Positions 41,730 to 53,035 of a stretch of DNA of 64,000 nt are shown here, piece after piece. Source of the DNA: the human T2T-CHM13v2.0 reference genome, Homo sapiens. Position 1 is the stretch's first letter, and each line of letters opens with the position of its first letter. Both the position numbers and the translations under genes were made by a program. The DNA is taken from assembly GCF_009914755.1 (NCBI RefSeq), contig NC_060942.1; one strand, given 5' to 3'. The notes beneath the pieces were generated by a model. It made no database searches, was not told the origin of the DNA, and was given only the letters and a program-made list of their open reading frames with translations.

Positions 41730-44081
41730 CTATTCAGGCTTGCCAGAGACCCACCTAGATTATGCACACCCACAGTCTTCAGGGTCAACACTTTAAACAG
41801 TGCAGAGTCCCTCCGATTCCACGCCCACACCTGGATGAAGCTCAACACGCCCAATGCCAGTTTCTGCTCCACCCTTTTCCTAAGCCTGTCTTCTCAAGGG
41901 TCAGTAACAACCTCCTCTGGCTGAAGCCCGTGACCTTACTGAGGGCTGCGACTCTTACCTTTGGCCTCTCCTCCTGGCCCCCCTCTCCCCAGCACTCTCC
42001 TCTTGTTCTTCCTTCCCCTTCAACCTTGAGATCTCCCCTCTTCTGACCCTGTACTCTCCCATCTGAGTGACCTTGTTCCCTCTCCTGAGCAATTATTGCC
42101 TGCCAATCTGGAAACCCCCATCATTCTCCTGCTCTGGAGATCTTCAACCAACTCCCTGCGTGCCCTGGGGAAGTCCAGAGCCCACTAAGTAGCCCACCCT
42201 AACCCCAGCTTCCTTCCTCCTGCCCCTGCAAATCAATACTGCTCCTCCTCCTGGGGCGGCCTCTCCACTCCCCTCGGCCCCAGTCACCCAGGCCTTCCCT
42301 GCTACTCCTCAACACTGCAACTCCCAGGCACCTCAGCCATCCCAGGTCCTATAATATCTCGTCTAAACTGCCCTCAGCTGCTTCACAGAACACCTCAATG
42401 CCTTCCTAGTTGACATCACTGCATTGATTTTTCTCAGATACAGAAATGAGAGACATATTTCTAAAGTGCATCACTCATCACATTGTCTCCTCTGCAATAT
42501 CCTCAATGATTGTTTCTATTGCTCTCAGTTAAACCTCAAGCTCCTCAATATAGTTTCAGGATTTTTCACAAAATCGACTCTGCTCACTTGAGTCACCCCA
42601 ACCCTCACAAGGGTGAACACCTTAAATTGCTGTGTTCTGTGTCACTAAGGACTTTTTGTCAATGTCACTTCCTAGAAGGCCTGGTCTACCATCTTTACCC
42701 TGCAGCTCACTTCATCTTTTGGTATATGCTGCTTTCAAAAAACCCACTTCAAATTCTGCAACACACGTCGGTTACAAGTAAAAGGTTGAGAATAGGAATA
42801 TTGTGCAAACGTTAAAAACAACCAAAAAGGAGGAGTGGCTACATTAATATAAAACAAACTTTAGAACAGAGAAAATATTTGATACAAAGAATGGCATTAC
42901 CTAATTATAAAAACGAGTGGCTATGTTAAGATAAAATAAACTTCAGAGCAGAGAAAATCTTTAATATGAAGAATGACATTACCTAATTATAAAAAGATCC
43001 AGAATCGTTTTTACTGGCTAATAAAGACATAACAATCTTAAATGTATCCACAACAAAAAATACAGCTTCATCATACATGAAGCAAAAATTTAAACCTAAA
43101 ATGATAAAGAGACAAATCCACAGTTATCCTTGCGGACTCTAACACTCCCTGCCCTCCCTAAGGAGAGCTACCAGATATGAAGTCAGCAGCGACCCAGAAG
43201 CTGAGCAATGCAATTCCCCGACAAGGATCTGATGGCAGCTGTGACACGACCAACAGCAGCAGCAGAAGCGTCGCATACACGTGTTTTCCAAGCACCCCTG
43301 GAAGAGTCACCAAGACTGACCATCTTCTGTGCCACAATCAAACCTCAACCAGTCAGAAGGAATTGATATTATACAAGCATCCCTGACCGCAATACAACCA
43401 AATTATAAATCACAAATAGAAACACATCAGGAAAATCTCAAATATCTGGAAATTAAGAATGAAATTCTTGATAAGCCACAGATATAAGACAAAGTCTCAA
43501 AGCAAATACAAATATATAAAACTGAAAGAAAATGAAAAAATATATCAAAATATACAGAACGCAGCTAAAGCCACGCTGAGAGGAAAATTTACAACATTAA
43601 AATGCTTACACTGAAGTGGAGGAAAAAGTAGGGCAGTTCTCAAATTATTAATTTCTGCCCCAAGAACGTTGGAAAAAATAAATTTTAAGTAAGCAGAAGT
43701 AAGGAAATTATACAGATAAGAGCAGAAACCAATAAAACTGAGAAGAAGAAAACAATAGAGAAGTGATCAACCAAAAACTGATGATTTGAAAAAAAGTCAG
43801 TAAAATTCATAAGCCTCCAACAAGGCAAGCACAACACAAAGGAGAAGACTTGAATCCCTAGTGTCAGGAATGAAACAAAGGATATCATTACAAATCCCAG
43901 ACACAGTAAAAGGATAATGAGAGAAAATTATCAACAGGTTTAGATTCATGAATTCAACAACTTCAAAGAAAATGACTAATGCTTTAAAAACCACAAGGTG
44001 TCAAACTCAATCAAGGCAAAATAAATTATCTGAATAATCTGATAATCATTATAGAAGTTGAATTTATAATTTAAAACCTCC

Positions 44082-44396
44082 TGCTGGGCTCGGTGGCTCA
44101 TGCCTGTAATCCCAGCACTTCAGGAAGCCGAGGTGGGTGCATCACGAGGTCAGGAGATCAAGACCATCCTGGCCAACATCGTGAAACCCAGTCTCTAGTA
44201 AAAATACAAAAATTAGCTGAGCATGGTGACACATGCCTGTATTCCCACCTACTTGGGAGGCTGAGGCAGGGGAATCACTTGAACCAGGGAGTCAGAGGTT
44301 GCAGTGAGCCGAGATCACGCCACTGCACTCCAGCCTGGCAACAGAATGAGACTCCATCTCAAAAAACAAAAACAAAAACAAACAAAGAAACAAAAA
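44082..44396 (+). mobile_element. AluSc SINE
   Basis: atcacgaggtcaggagatcaagaccatcctggccaac and ccagcctggcaacag; (aaaaac)n tail; TSD aaaa(c/a)ctcc. Confidence 0.93.
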
Positions 44397-44645
44397 CTCC
44401 CCACAAAGAAATCTCCAGGCATACATGGTTTTACAGGAGAATACTACCAAACACTTGAAAGAAGAACTGCCAGGTTTACACATGGCTTCTAGAAATTCCA
44501 AGTGAAGGGGGTACTTCCCAGCACATTTTATGCATCTACTATTGCCCTGCTACCAACACTAGATAAAGCAGCACAAAAAAGAAAACTACAAACACTTATC
44601 ACTCATGAACTTACGCAAAATCCTCAACAAATATTATCACATTAT

Positions 44646-45016
44646 ATAAGAAAATGTGGCACATATACACCATAGACTGCTATGCAGCCATAAAAAGGAT
44701 GAGTTCATGTCCTTTGCAGGGATATGGATGAAGCTGGAGTCCATCATTCTCAGCAAACTATCACAAGGACAGAAAACCAAACACTGCATGTTCTCACTCA
44801 TAGGTGGGAATTGAACAATGAGATCACTTGGACACAGGATGGGGAACATCACACACCAGGGCCTGTCGACGGGCAGGTGCTAGGTGAGGGATAGCTTTAG
44901 GAGAAATACCTAATGTGAATGATGAGTTGACAGATGCAGCAAACCAACATGGCACATGTATACCTATGTATCAAACCTGCACGTTGTGCACAGGTACCCT
45001 AGAAGTTAAAAAAAAC
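44646..45016 (+). mobile_element. L1PA (PA5/6-like) 3' fragment
   Basis: aagaaaatgtggcacatatacacc...cagcaaactatcacaaggacagaaaaccaaac...cctgcacgttgtgcacaggtaccctagaa followed by an A tract. Confidence 0.92.
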
Positions 45017-46102
45017 TATCAAAACTCAACATAAAAAAGAAAACAATCCATTTAGAAAATGGGCAAGAGACATGAACAGACATTTCATTAAAGAACATAT
45101 ACAGATGAGGTCAAGCACATGGAAAGATTTTCTGCATTATAATCCATTAGGGAAATGCAAACTAAAACCAAATGAAACATCACTACACAGACATCACAAT
45201 GTCAAAAACAAAAATATCTCAACAACCTCTGTTGCAAATTCAGAGAATCTATATCCTTCATACACTGTTGGTGGGAATGGAAAATGTTCAGTGACTCTGG
45301 AAAAGTTTTGCAATTTCTTACACAACTAAATATGAAGCTACCATACTGCCCAGTAATGGTACATTGGGCATTTGACCCAGAGAAATGGAAATGTATGCTC
45401 ACACAAAAATCTGCATGCATGTAGAAACAGCACAGTCAAAACCTAGAAGCAGCCCAGCCATTCTTCAGCAGGAGAATGGATAAACGACTGGGCGTGGGTG
45501 GGATACTACTCAGCAATGAAAAGGAACACACATGTAATGACTTGTGTGACTCTCCAGGGAGTTATGCTGAAAGAAAATGGTTTTACAGTGTATAGCCCCA
45601 AGGTTAGACCATGCATGATTTCACTCACAGGACATTCTTGAAACGATAAGCTAGAGAAATACGTTGCAGAATGACGGGTGCTGGAGCTTGAGTTTGGGCA
45701 GGTGGGCTGGCTGTGAAGGGCTGCAGGAGGGACTTGTTTGGAGGGAGCTCTGTGTCTGGATGTGTCCCTGTCACTGTCCCCAGGGTGAAGATGTTCCACG
45801 GTTTTGAGGAGGCTGCCATGGGGAAAATTGGGTAAAGGGTGCAAGGGTGCCCCTGTATTTTTTCTTACAACTGCAGGTGAATCTGCAATTATCTCAAAAT
45901 TAAAAATTTAATTTAAAAAATTCTAGTGAAAGACTGGACATTGGGTCAATTCATTGAAGATTAATTGGCTGTAAATCAATTTGGGAATTAGCCATTCATT
46001 GATAAAGCAACCACAGATTTAGAGGCATCTCCGAAAGCAAACTGGCAGGAGAACTTCTGCTGAGGCCCAGTTCAACACGCAGTATCCTCAGGCGGTTTGG
46101 CC

Positions 46103-46668
46103 ACACAGAATGCCCGGAACGCCCAGAATGCCTGGAATGCCCAGAATACCCAGAATGCCCGAAATTCCCGGAACACCCGGAATACCCAGAAAGCCCAGAA
46201 TTTCTGGAACATCCAGAATTCCCAGAACATCCAGCATGCCTGGAACGTGTGGAATACCCAGAATGCCCAGAATTCCCAGAACACCCAGAATTCCCGGTCC
46301 ACCCAGCATGCCTGGAATACCCAGAACGCCTGGAATGCGTGGAATACCCAGAATGCCTGGAACACCCAGAACGCCTGGAACACCCAGAACGCCTGGAATG
46401 CGTGGAATACCCAGAATGCCCAAAATTCCCAGAACACCCAGCATGCCTGGCACACCCAGAATGCCCAGAACTCCCAGAATGCCTGGAACACCTGGAATAC
46501 CCAGAATGCCCAGAATTCCCAGAACACCCAGAACTCCCGGTACACCCAGCATGCCTGGCACACCCAGAATGTCCAGAATCCCCAGAACACCTGGAAAGCC
46601 CACCCAGAATACCCAGAATTCCCGAACACCCAGCACGCCTGGCACACCCAGAATGCCCAGCACCTGGA
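46103..46668. repeat. Degenerate 9-bp minisatellite (cccagaatg/cctggaaca), about 62 units
   Basis: 9-bp periodicity; ORFs are reported across it in all six frames. Confidence 0.95.
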
Positions 46669-47249
46669 CCATGGCTGAACCGCCAAGGACAACTGGCATT
46701 CCAGACAAAATTGAAAATTCCTAGTCTAAGTGTGTCACCCATGGCAAAGATCCTAGATAATAATAATATTTAAAGTACAGATTAGCTGTTCTCTTCCGGG
46801 GCATTCAGTCTGATTTTCTTATTAATTCAAGAACACATTTTTCTGGAGGAAGAAGGAAACGTGTGCATAGAGAGGGGCATGGGGAGGCTCCCTTGGAAGC
46901 GGGAGCTCCACGCCACCTGCGCCGCCACCCCCTTGTCCATCTGACGCCCCCACGCCTGGGGCAGCTGCAGGCGTTGCCCTGCTCGGGCCTCACCCCAAGG
47001 GGGCCACTGCACTGGGGAAGGCCCAGAACCCACATCCTGCACAGCAAGGGGGACTGTGGCTGAGGAGGGCACGGGGTGGCAGCCCTAAGCCCAAGGTTCC
47101 GGAGACGCCACTCTGTAAGCACCTCACATGTGCCAGAGTCACTGTCATGTACATCAGGGTCACCCTCATGTCAACATCATCCTCACACGTGTCACCAGTA
47201 GCATCACATGTGTCGCCATCACCCACATGTGCATCTTCCTCCCCCACAC

Positions 47250-48308
47250 GTGTGTCACCATCCCCCTCAGTCAGTCACATCCCCCTCAGTGTGTCACCAT
47301 CCCCCTCGGTGTGTCACATCCCCCTCAGTGTGTGACCATCCCCTTCATTGTGTCACCATCCCCCTCAGTGAGTCACATCCCCCTCAGTGTGCCACCATCC
47401 CCCTCGGTGTGTCACATCCCCCTCAGTGTGTGACCATCCCCTTCATTGTGCCACCATCCCCCTCAGTGAGTCACCATCCCCTTCATTGTGTCACCATCCC
47501 CCTCAGTGTGTCACCATCCCCCTCAGTGAGTCACCATCCCCCTCAGTGTGTCACCATCGCCCTCAGTGAGTCACCATCCCCCTCAGTGTGTCACCTTCCC
47601 CCTCAGTGAGTCACCATCCCCCTCAGTGTGTCACCATCCCCCTCAGTGAGTCACCATCCCCCTCAGTGTGTCACCATCGCCCTCAGTGAGTCACCATCCC
47701 CCTCAGTGTGTCACCTTCCCCCTCAGTGAGTCACCATCCCCCTCAGTGTGTCACCATCCCCTTCATTGTGTCACCACCCCCCTCAGTGAGTCACATCCCC
47801 CTCAGTGTGTCACCATCCCCCTCGGTGTGTCACATCCCCCTCAGTGTGTCACCATCCCCTTCATTGTGTCACCATCCCCCTCAGTGAGTCACATCCCCCT
47901 CAGTGTGTCACCATCCCCCTCGGTGTGTCACATCCCCCTCAGTGTGTCACCATCCCCTTCATTGTGCCACCATCCCCCTCAGTGAGTCACCATCCCCCAT
48001 TGTGTCACCATCCCCCTCAGTGTGTCACCATCCCCCTCAGTGAGTCACTATCCCCCTCAGTGAGCCACTATCCCCCTCAGTGAGCCACCATCCCCTTCAG
48101 TGTGTCACCATCCCCCTCGGTGTGTCACATCCCCCTCAGTGTGTCACCATCCCCCTCATTGTGTCACCATCCCCCTCAGTGAGTCACCATCACTCTCAGT
48201 GTGTCACCGTCCCCCTCAGTGTGTCACTGTCCCCCTCAGTGTGTCACCATCCCCCTCAGTGAGTTGCCATCCCCCTCAGTGTGTCGCCATCCCCCTCAGT
48301 GAGTCGCC
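47250..48308. repeat. VNTR, 19-20-bp unit (gtgtcaccatccccctcagt), about 53 copies
   Basis: Exact 20-bp phase visible at 47461-47790; degenerate precursor-like units at 47130-47250. Confidence 0.98.
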
Positions 48309-48834
48309 CTACGGTCATGCGTCATTCCACAGTCACGGAGTCATCCCACCATCACATGACTCAGCGAGCCGGGGATGTGGGAGATTCTGGGCTCCAGGCC
48401 AGCACTGAGTGGCTGCTGAGACCAAGGTTGGGACTTGGTTTTGCTTTATTACCCTTCCTTGCCTTTCCTTCCCATCCTCGCTTTGCCTGTCCCACCACCG
48501 ACGTCTGCCCAAGTTCAGGAAGCTCCTGCTGGGGTAGAGTGAGTAGAGTCAGAGTCACCTTCACATGAGTCATCCCATCACTAGTGTCAGCATCACTGTC
48601 ACATGTGTCAGCATTACCACCTCGTCCACCCGTGTCTGCTTTGGAGACTCTAGAAATACAAAGGTGCAGCTAACCCGGCCCTCTCACTCCAAGGACCACA
48701 AGCTTGATTGGGAAAACACCTGGTGTCCCTGAAGGCAGATGGCAGCCAAGACCAGGGACACTGGGGAAGCCTGGGGATGGAGCAGAGAACCTGGAGAAGG
48801 CAGAGACTGGGCTCAGGCAGCTGGAGACGGCTTC

Positions 48835-49228
48835 CTGGAGGTTGCCACAGCAAAGCGCTGCCGTCGTGTGGTGACGGCCAGAGGCCCCAAATCTGGTGTG
48901 AGCAGGGCCACGTCCCTCCAGGGTCTCTGTGGGAGAACCCCTCCACCTCTTCCAGCTTCTGGAGGCTCCACAGTTGCTGGGTTCTGTGACTTGGGTGGCC
49001 TCACTGCCCCATCTTGTCCCCATGGCCACGCAGTTTCTCTGTGGGGTGTCTTGTGGCTTCATGTGGCCACCTTCCTCTAAGACAGCAGTGTGTGGATCGG
49101 GGCCTACCCAACTCTGGCATCACCGCATTTAATCAAGTCCTTCTGCGAAGGCCCAGTTTACAGATAAGGCCACACTCTGAGATTCTGTGTGGGCGTGGAT
49201 GTTGGGAGATGCCACCGAACCCACTACT
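48835..49228 (-). mobile_element. MLT1B/C-like LTR
   Basis: gcagggccacgtccctccagggtctctgtgggagaaccc...cctcttccagcttctggaggctcc...cagataaggccacactctgag...aacccactac. Confidence 0.7.
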
Positions 49229-49678
49229 GTAGGGCAGTTTACGGGGAATTTAGTCCTGGCCCAGGCTAGCCAGGAGCTGAGGGCCACACCAGGCCTCACA
49301 GGGTCCTCCCTACAGCCTCCTGCCTGTAGTTGCATTGGTGGATCCTGGTCAGAGGGCATCGGGGACAGGCCATGTGGAGGCCACCCAGGAGCCAGCCATG
49401 GTAGAAGTTTCCAGAACCACAGACCACAGGCATGGGACAGCCGGGTCTCCTATGGAGCAGTCAGCATTTCTTGTGGGGAGCCTTGCCTCAGAGGGCTCAC
49501 ATACGCCGTACCTGCTTCATGGGGCACCTTCGGACACTAAACATGTGTCTTTTCTCTGCGTATACTACGTGTATGGCATAAAATTAGCAAATGGCTTTTG
49601 ATCATTTTCTAACTTCATCTGAACCTTGGCCCCAAGCACTGGAGGCTGAGCCGCAAGCGTGAGGAGGCAGCCATTTCC

Positions 49679-49841
49679 CTGGGACTGCAGAGCCCAGGCG
49701 GGCGCCCGGCTGGGGCAGCGGCTCCCCTCTTCCAGGAGACACTTCCAGAGCTCAGAGCAGGACTGGGACTGCAGAGCCCAGGTGGGCGCCCGGCTGGGGC
49801 ACCGGCTCCCCTCTTCCAGGAGACACTTCCAGAGCTCAGAG
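49679..49841. repeat. 84-bp tandem duplication
   Basis: gggactgcagagcccagg...acttccagagctcagag at 49681 and 49765. Confidence 0.95.
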
Positions 49842-52609
49842 AAGGACACAGGTTTCTCGTTCACACGGGCTCTGTGTAAAACATGAAAGCTGCATTTTCC
49901 TTTTAAATCAATACAATGAAATCCCCTCACCCTTTCTCTCCAAGCTGTTTTCACAGTGAGAGCAAGCGTGCCAGGTCACCCAGAGAGGAACCAGCTTGAG
50001 AACCACTTTGCTTTTATCTTTTCTCTCCTAGCAATGCCCACATTTCCATTTCATATGGGGAAAAGCCATTTTCCTGCTAGAAGTCAGCAAATTGCCTTGG
50101 CAAACAAGAGCAGCCACCTCTTCTCCGAGGCCCAGCGTGGGACTTGCATCCAGATTGTGGATGCAACAGGACCGGGGAGTCCTCCCACAGCGTCTGGGGC
50201 GGAGCCGACTTCCAGGCTGTATCTGGCCCTTCAGGGGCTCAGCCGGGCCAGGCCACAGGCCACGTGAGCGGCGTCCCTGGCTTCATCTTCCCATCTTGGC
50301 AAACCTGAGCCTGGATCTGTCATTTGAACTGTGTTATCACAGTCCATTAACAGACAATGTTCCATCAGAAACAGGATGGAAATATGCTTTTAAGTAATGA
50401 CGTTCTCATGCGCGCAGGACGCATTTGCACTGCTGGTCGGTGGGCGCCATGGAGATTTCTCTTAAAATAGGAGGAGAGGATAGAAAATACCCTTTGCGTG
50501 TCCCGTGTCCTCTTGATACTCGTCCAACACATTTCTCTCATGTTTTTTATTGTTCTTTCTTCAAAGACAGTGCAGTTTAATAGGAAGACTTTACAATTAC
50601 TGAATTTATGATATTGTTTATAAAAGGGAATTTGAAAGAACTGATGTATACCAATAAAAATGGCATATTAGTAATTTTTTTAATTCTCAAAGAAGAAATA
50701 ATAGCAAAATAATGTCCCTGTTTGGGAGGGGAGGAGGAGAAGAGAAAGCAAAGTTAAAATCAAGAAAATTAAAATTCTAAAACAACCAAATGCACAAAAA
50801 TGTGCTTTTCCCCTTTTAGAGAGGTGATGTGATAGGGTTTCTGTCTATGAAACCAAATGTTTACAAATATTCAAGCCCATAAATTTGAAGAGAAACCGAA
50901 TACAGAAAATTCTTGTTAATGCAGTACATTTTCTGGTAATTTTATAGTCCAATTTTCAGTGATTCCCCACAGAACGAATGCAGTTCAAAGGCAATTTTAT
51001 AAAGTACTTTGCAGATAACTATTATCTGCTAATTATTAGAAATTGCATGTTGTTGTTAATTGCATAAATAAATTGTTTTATCTGAAAGCCATTAAAAAAA
51101 GGTTTGGTGTTTGAAGCATATATAGTTTTGATGTTCCTGTATAAAAACGTTTAACTGTTTAACTCTAAAATAATGACATGCTGCTTTTAAGACAATTTCT
51201 TAGACTAATGGATTATGGAGGGGGGGGGGTCCCTAAACATGTATTTTATTTAATTTCCCTGACATACTTCAACTGATCGTCATGGAAAGGAAGAGTGCAA
51301 ATATTTTACTAAATGTATTAGAATGATAGCCGTATATGGCTACTTTTTTAATCCTTAAAGGAAATTTATATGAACATTTTCTTTCTTCCAAAATACTCTT
51401 CATTAAAAAAAAAATGCTGCTCTGTTTTATCATATATTTCCCTCATAATTAGCCATAAGAGAGAGAAATCTGTGGGGACTGCTGCCTTTCATTTTCTATG
51501 AAATAATTCAGAAAAGAGTTTAATAGCAGATTCTAATAGAATTTGAAAACAAGGTGTGTGGATCATTTCTGCAGCTTCCTGAATGAATGTGCTTTGGAGA
51601 GGAGCCGACCGCATCCTTTCCAGGGCCCAGTGCCAGGACCCTGGACGGCGTCACCCTAGGACGTCACCCCAGGACAGCAAATTCAGCCTCGGTGCTTTCA
51701 TGGGAAGGCGTGGGCAGTGCCATCCCCAGTGACTCGCAGGTGGAGAAGCAGGGCTGAGGTTGTTGGGATCCTGACGGATGGCCGGCTAGGGCCTCGGGAG
51801 GCGACATCCTGGCCCTCACCCTGCCTGCTCAGTGCTGAGGAAGGAGGTCCACATAGAGCTCAGGAGGGCTGGAAGCGGCCAGCACACACCTGCCCAGGTG
51901 CACAGCAGATGCAGGGTGGGCTGCTAGGGTAGTAGCAGGTCAAGCAGGGCAGCCGAGCCCAACAGGGTCCACAGATGCCCATGGAGGAAGTGGCCTCGTT
52001 CATGTGCTGAGAATGTCTCTAAGCCTGGTGGGGCAGACAGCCCACATATGCTGGGCTACACGCAGGGCTCAGGGGAGGCGAGGGAGAAACAGTGGCTCCT
52101 GAGGACCAGGGGCATGGTTTTGGAGCCTGGCTACTGGGGAGGGAACAACTCTGGGCACTCAGCATAAGGGACATGCCATGCGTGGAGGGGATGACGGCAC
52201 CATTGGAGTGCATGGGCGTCCCTGTGTTCCAGCCACGCAGTGAAATGGTGAGGACGGAGGGGGACAAAAAGGGCGCAGAGCCGACAGTGCCCAGCCCCTC
52301 TCGGAACAGAGGTTGCTGCACCCAGCTCCTCTTGGGACGTGGGATAGCCATGCCCAGCTCTGCAGCCCATGCTCTTGTGGACAGGACAGGTGCCAGTGTG
52401 GTACTGCGTGTGGCCTCACAGAGCGAGTCTGTGAATGAACGAGTGACAAAACCTGGAATCTCAAAACGCGAAGCAAGTACGGAGCTCGCTGCCGCTCCAC
52501 AAGGATGAGAACATTCCAAGGACTGAAAAAGCCTTTTTGCCGCAGTTTTGTCTGGCTACATCCCCGTGAATTTGCCAGGGCTTCGAAACAACTGACCTCA
52601 GACCAGGCG

Positions 52610-52700
52610 ACCTGCACAGCACACATTTATTTTCTCACAGTTCCGAGGCTGGAAGTCCAAGACCGAGGGTGTTGACCGGTGGTCTCTCTCCTGCATCGTC
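52610..52700 (-). mobile_element. MLT1/MST LTR fragment
   Basis: cacatttattttctcacagttccgaggctggaagtccaagac. Confidence 0.65.
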
Positions 52701-52822
52701 AGGACATGGCCGTAGCACCTGGCCAGACAAGTCTCTACATGGGGAGCATCACCCCACACCCCAGCAGTGCCGAGACGGTGCCAACCACCAAATAGTGAAA
52801 CACAAAGCCCATCCAACGTCAG

Positions 52823-53035
52823 GTCAAGAGAGCCACAGACAGGGTGCAGGATCTCATGGCCCAGGCCAGTGCAAAGTCAGAGAGCCTCAGACAGGGTGCA
52901 GGATCTCATGGCCCAGGGCAGTGCAAAGTCAGAGAGCCTCAGACAGGGTGCAGGATCTCATGGCCCAGGGCAGTGCAAAGTCAGAGAGCCGCAGACAGGG
53001 TGCAGGATCTCATGGCCCAGGCCAGTGCAAAGTCA
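52823..53035. repeat. 52-bp tandem repeat, 4 copies
   Basis: gtcagagagcctcagacagggtgcaggatctcatggcccagggcagtgcaaa; period 52 (52876 to 52928). Confidence 0.97.

Larger units (their letters stand above)
42770..45920 (+). mobile_element. Degenerate L1MC1/2-like LINE-1 (ORF2 fragments plus 3' end) hosting an Alu and an L1PA
   Basis: ORF2 endonuclease-to-RT remnants at 42770-44640; ORF2 C-terminus from 45017; 3' end ...ttcttacaactgcaggtgaatctgcaattatctcaaaattaaaaatttaattaaaaaa; internal ~82-bp duplication at 42833-42995. Confidence 0.85.
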
